Origin: Phoronis australis
Taxonomy: Eukaryota > Animalia > Phoronida
DNA: 64,000 nt
Assembly (NCBI GenBank): GCA_002633005.1
Contig: NMRA01000831.1
Location: 25,092-89,091, forward strand
Reading direction: 5' to 3'
Part shown: positions 61,646 through 64,000 of the stretch, piece by piece
How the letters are laid out: each line of letters opens with the position of its first letter
How positions within the stretch are numbered: position 1 is the first letter of the stretch
Notes under the pieces: model-generated
The model's input: the letters and a program-made list of their open reading frames with translations, nothing else
Databases searched by the model: none
Told to the model about the DNA's origin: nothing
Made by a program: the position numbers and the translations under genes

Positions 61646-63628
61646 ATTTCTGAAACGGTGTTCCTGAAATCAATAATCACATAGTGAACAAAGCTATTAC
61701 AAACTCGTGTCCAGTCAAAAAACAACATTCAAGTGGTTTTTTTGACCTGGAAAGAATTGATAGTTAGTGGTTAAGGCTCAATGAGTTGTCACGTGACTAT
61801 GAATGTCACCATTTATATTTGCAAAAAGAACAGTAACGACAATTGACAAATACAAAGGTAGATAACAAGAGCAACACAGAGCATTGAAATGTACTGTAAA
61901 TGGTATTTTTAGTATCACGAACATGGCCAATAGATGCGTCAAACCCATCAGAATTGAAAAGGAAGCACTATCTGTAATACAGAACTATCTGCCAAATTTC
62001 ATGAAAATAAGCCAAGGAACTCCTAAGACTTGAAGGTAAACGTAAAAAACAACTACCGTATTCGTCCATGCCCCTATAAGCGCCTCCCTCTGCATTTTCA
62101 GACTTTGCTAAAATAAGCACCCAGTCCATGCCTTACCTACAGTTCTAAAATTCTACAATAACATCTTCAATTTATCAATAAGAGCCAGCAGTCCTGAAAA
62201 AATAATTAAGCGCGGAATTTGTAAACCACGACCCTTGCCGCTATGTTGGTATTAAGCCGTGACCATACACTTCAAACTTCCGCCATGCTTCAAAAAGAAC
62301 GCAGAAGTTTTGTTGATCTTGTGAGGAACGTGTCCCGTTATGGTCTGGCCTTTCAGAACAGATACAGCGCGCATGCCAAAGGAATTGTATAGTATCTTTA
62401 CCGTACAGATCTGCTTCCTCAACAGAAATAAAATTTCTTTATAAACGTGAAAACCCCGAATCGAAGACTAATAAAAACTTTACCAGTGTTAAAAGCACGT
62501 GACCAGGAAGCACATGCGACATTCATGCACCTGTCATCGAAGATACTTGAGAACTATCTATTCATGAAACGGGTATATGAACAAATATGAAATATTTGTT
62601 TCATTTTAATGAACTAAATTTCTCTCAAGCGAACTTCACATAAGATAGGATACAAGAGTTGTTAATTAGAAACGTCAGAAATAAGTCATTGGACTTCATT
62701 AATAATCCATTCGAAAAATTGGGAGAAAATTTAGGAAGGTCGAGTAAAAAAATAAAAACACCATTTCGTAGTAATGTTGGGCCATTGGAGTAACTGTTTT
62801 TTTCAGAGTGGTGCACCATCGGAGTAGTGATCTGTTACACTCCAGTGTAGTCAACAGAAAGGCTAGTACCAATACTCTGTAGTTATCCGACCTCAATTTC
62901 TACTTAAATGAAGCCAAGTCTTATGAAGAGCTGATGGTTTAGCTGGATATGATTAATAACCACTCCTACCTTTGGATTATTTTTGTAAGTCAACACTGCT
63001 GTCTCTCATGTTTCTGTCTGAGCTTCTTCCTTCAACAACCCTGTCTCAAGGAGATGTTGATATATTTCTTTGTAGCAGGTCACCATAATTGTGTATGGTA
63101 TCTGCGCTGGTGTAACAGTTTTCAAAGTAAACCGAACAACGCGGAAACTCTTTTCGACTAGAATCCGACAAAACCTCCATGTACGTTGCCACTATTTCCA
63201 TAATTTTCACGTAAATCCACTCACAAACAGCTAGGCGCAATAACGTCAACTTAGACTATGACAAAAGTTTGACAAAGGTACAATACGTGTTCGACTAAGG
63301 TGCCAAACATTTCTGGCAAGAAGTTTATCACAAGTTTAGCAGCCTGCCAGATTTCTTTTGAAGTTTATATTGAAGTTTTCTGGGTGTGGAGCACCTTTCC
63401 AATAATATCAAGAAAGTTCTATTCAAAGCTGCGCACAGCTGTCAACACTGATGACAATACTACAGTACCAGCTGACCAATGTGAGGTACAGGCATACCAT
63501 ATATCAAACGAGTAAAAGGTTCTGGGATTATTAAGGGCATTTTAATGAGAGCTGAGCAATTGGTCAAGTGGTTATTAGAGTTTCAGCGGGTGTGCTCCCC
63601 TTGATACTGCAATGGAGCCGAGAGCATA

Positions 63629-64000
63629 CAAGGGTCGTTTAATAAGTTCTCAGCCTCACAAAGAAAACATGGATTCGGGTTAAATTTTTTCACACCATAG
63701 TAAAATTTCATCTTCTATAACAATACTGCGTTCATGCTGAATTAGCACGGTCAACTACCGCTAGGTGGCACTGCTTCAAAACAGCATACAACAACACATT
63801 TAGCAGCATGGAGATAACCGAGATGAGAGCCATCATAAAGTATTTGGGTAAAAAAGGAACGAAACCAAAAGATGAACAGATGTGAAAAGCACTCGGAACA
63901 GACTCCCCAAGCTACTCCTCAGTAAAAAAATTGTCAGCTTGTTTCAAGATAGGTAGAGAAAGCGTTGAAGGTGACCCTCACCCAGGATGTCCCATTTATC
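63629..64000 (+). mobile_element. Mariner transposon 5' end with degenerate transposase N-terminus (runs off the window)
   Basis: TA-CAAGGGTCGTTTAATAAGTT terminus; from 63808 MEITEMRAIIKYLGKKG...*...SPSYSSVKKLSACFKIGRESVEGDPHPGCP (mariner HTH region). Confidence 0.85.

Noticed and set aside
62940-63560. Possible upstream exon or decayed coding sequence on the minus strand
   Set aside because: Multiple stops in all frames and no identifiable domain; could be UTR or old TE but unsupported.

Overview
AT-rich, repeat-dense animal (invertebrate-type) genomic DNA with three N-gaps; no prokaryotic features. The window is essentially one large minus-strand, multi-exon gene with transposon-filled introns. 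I could chain 13 GT-AG exons (61645 down to 9892; 1783 nt, 594 codons, every splice phase compatible, no stops). They encode two caspase-8/cFLIP-type death effector domains (DED-DED), a linker of small exons including four related phase 2-2 exons, and an IRAK/Pelle-like kinase domain (GEGGFG, VVVK, Tyr gatekeeper LVY, HRDLKTSN, DLG instead of DFG). A tandem-DED prodomain fused to an IRAK-type kinase is the most unusual feature. Kinase subdomains X-XI were not found in the window. The introns contain: four copies of a THAP-bearing Kolobok-type TTAA element; a 4.8 kb degenerate Kolobok with THAP and KolX (P2X7-tail-like) remnants; an ISL2EU-like THAP element; HINE/Helentron-like elements with ~450 bp tandem cores; LINE, Penelope, Gypsy (Gmr1-like order), BEL/Pao and mariner remnants; and an internal segmental duplication (24.2-28.7 kb vs 37.3-44.2 kb) that duplicated two coding exons. 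All calls were made by eye from the sequence; no database search was run.
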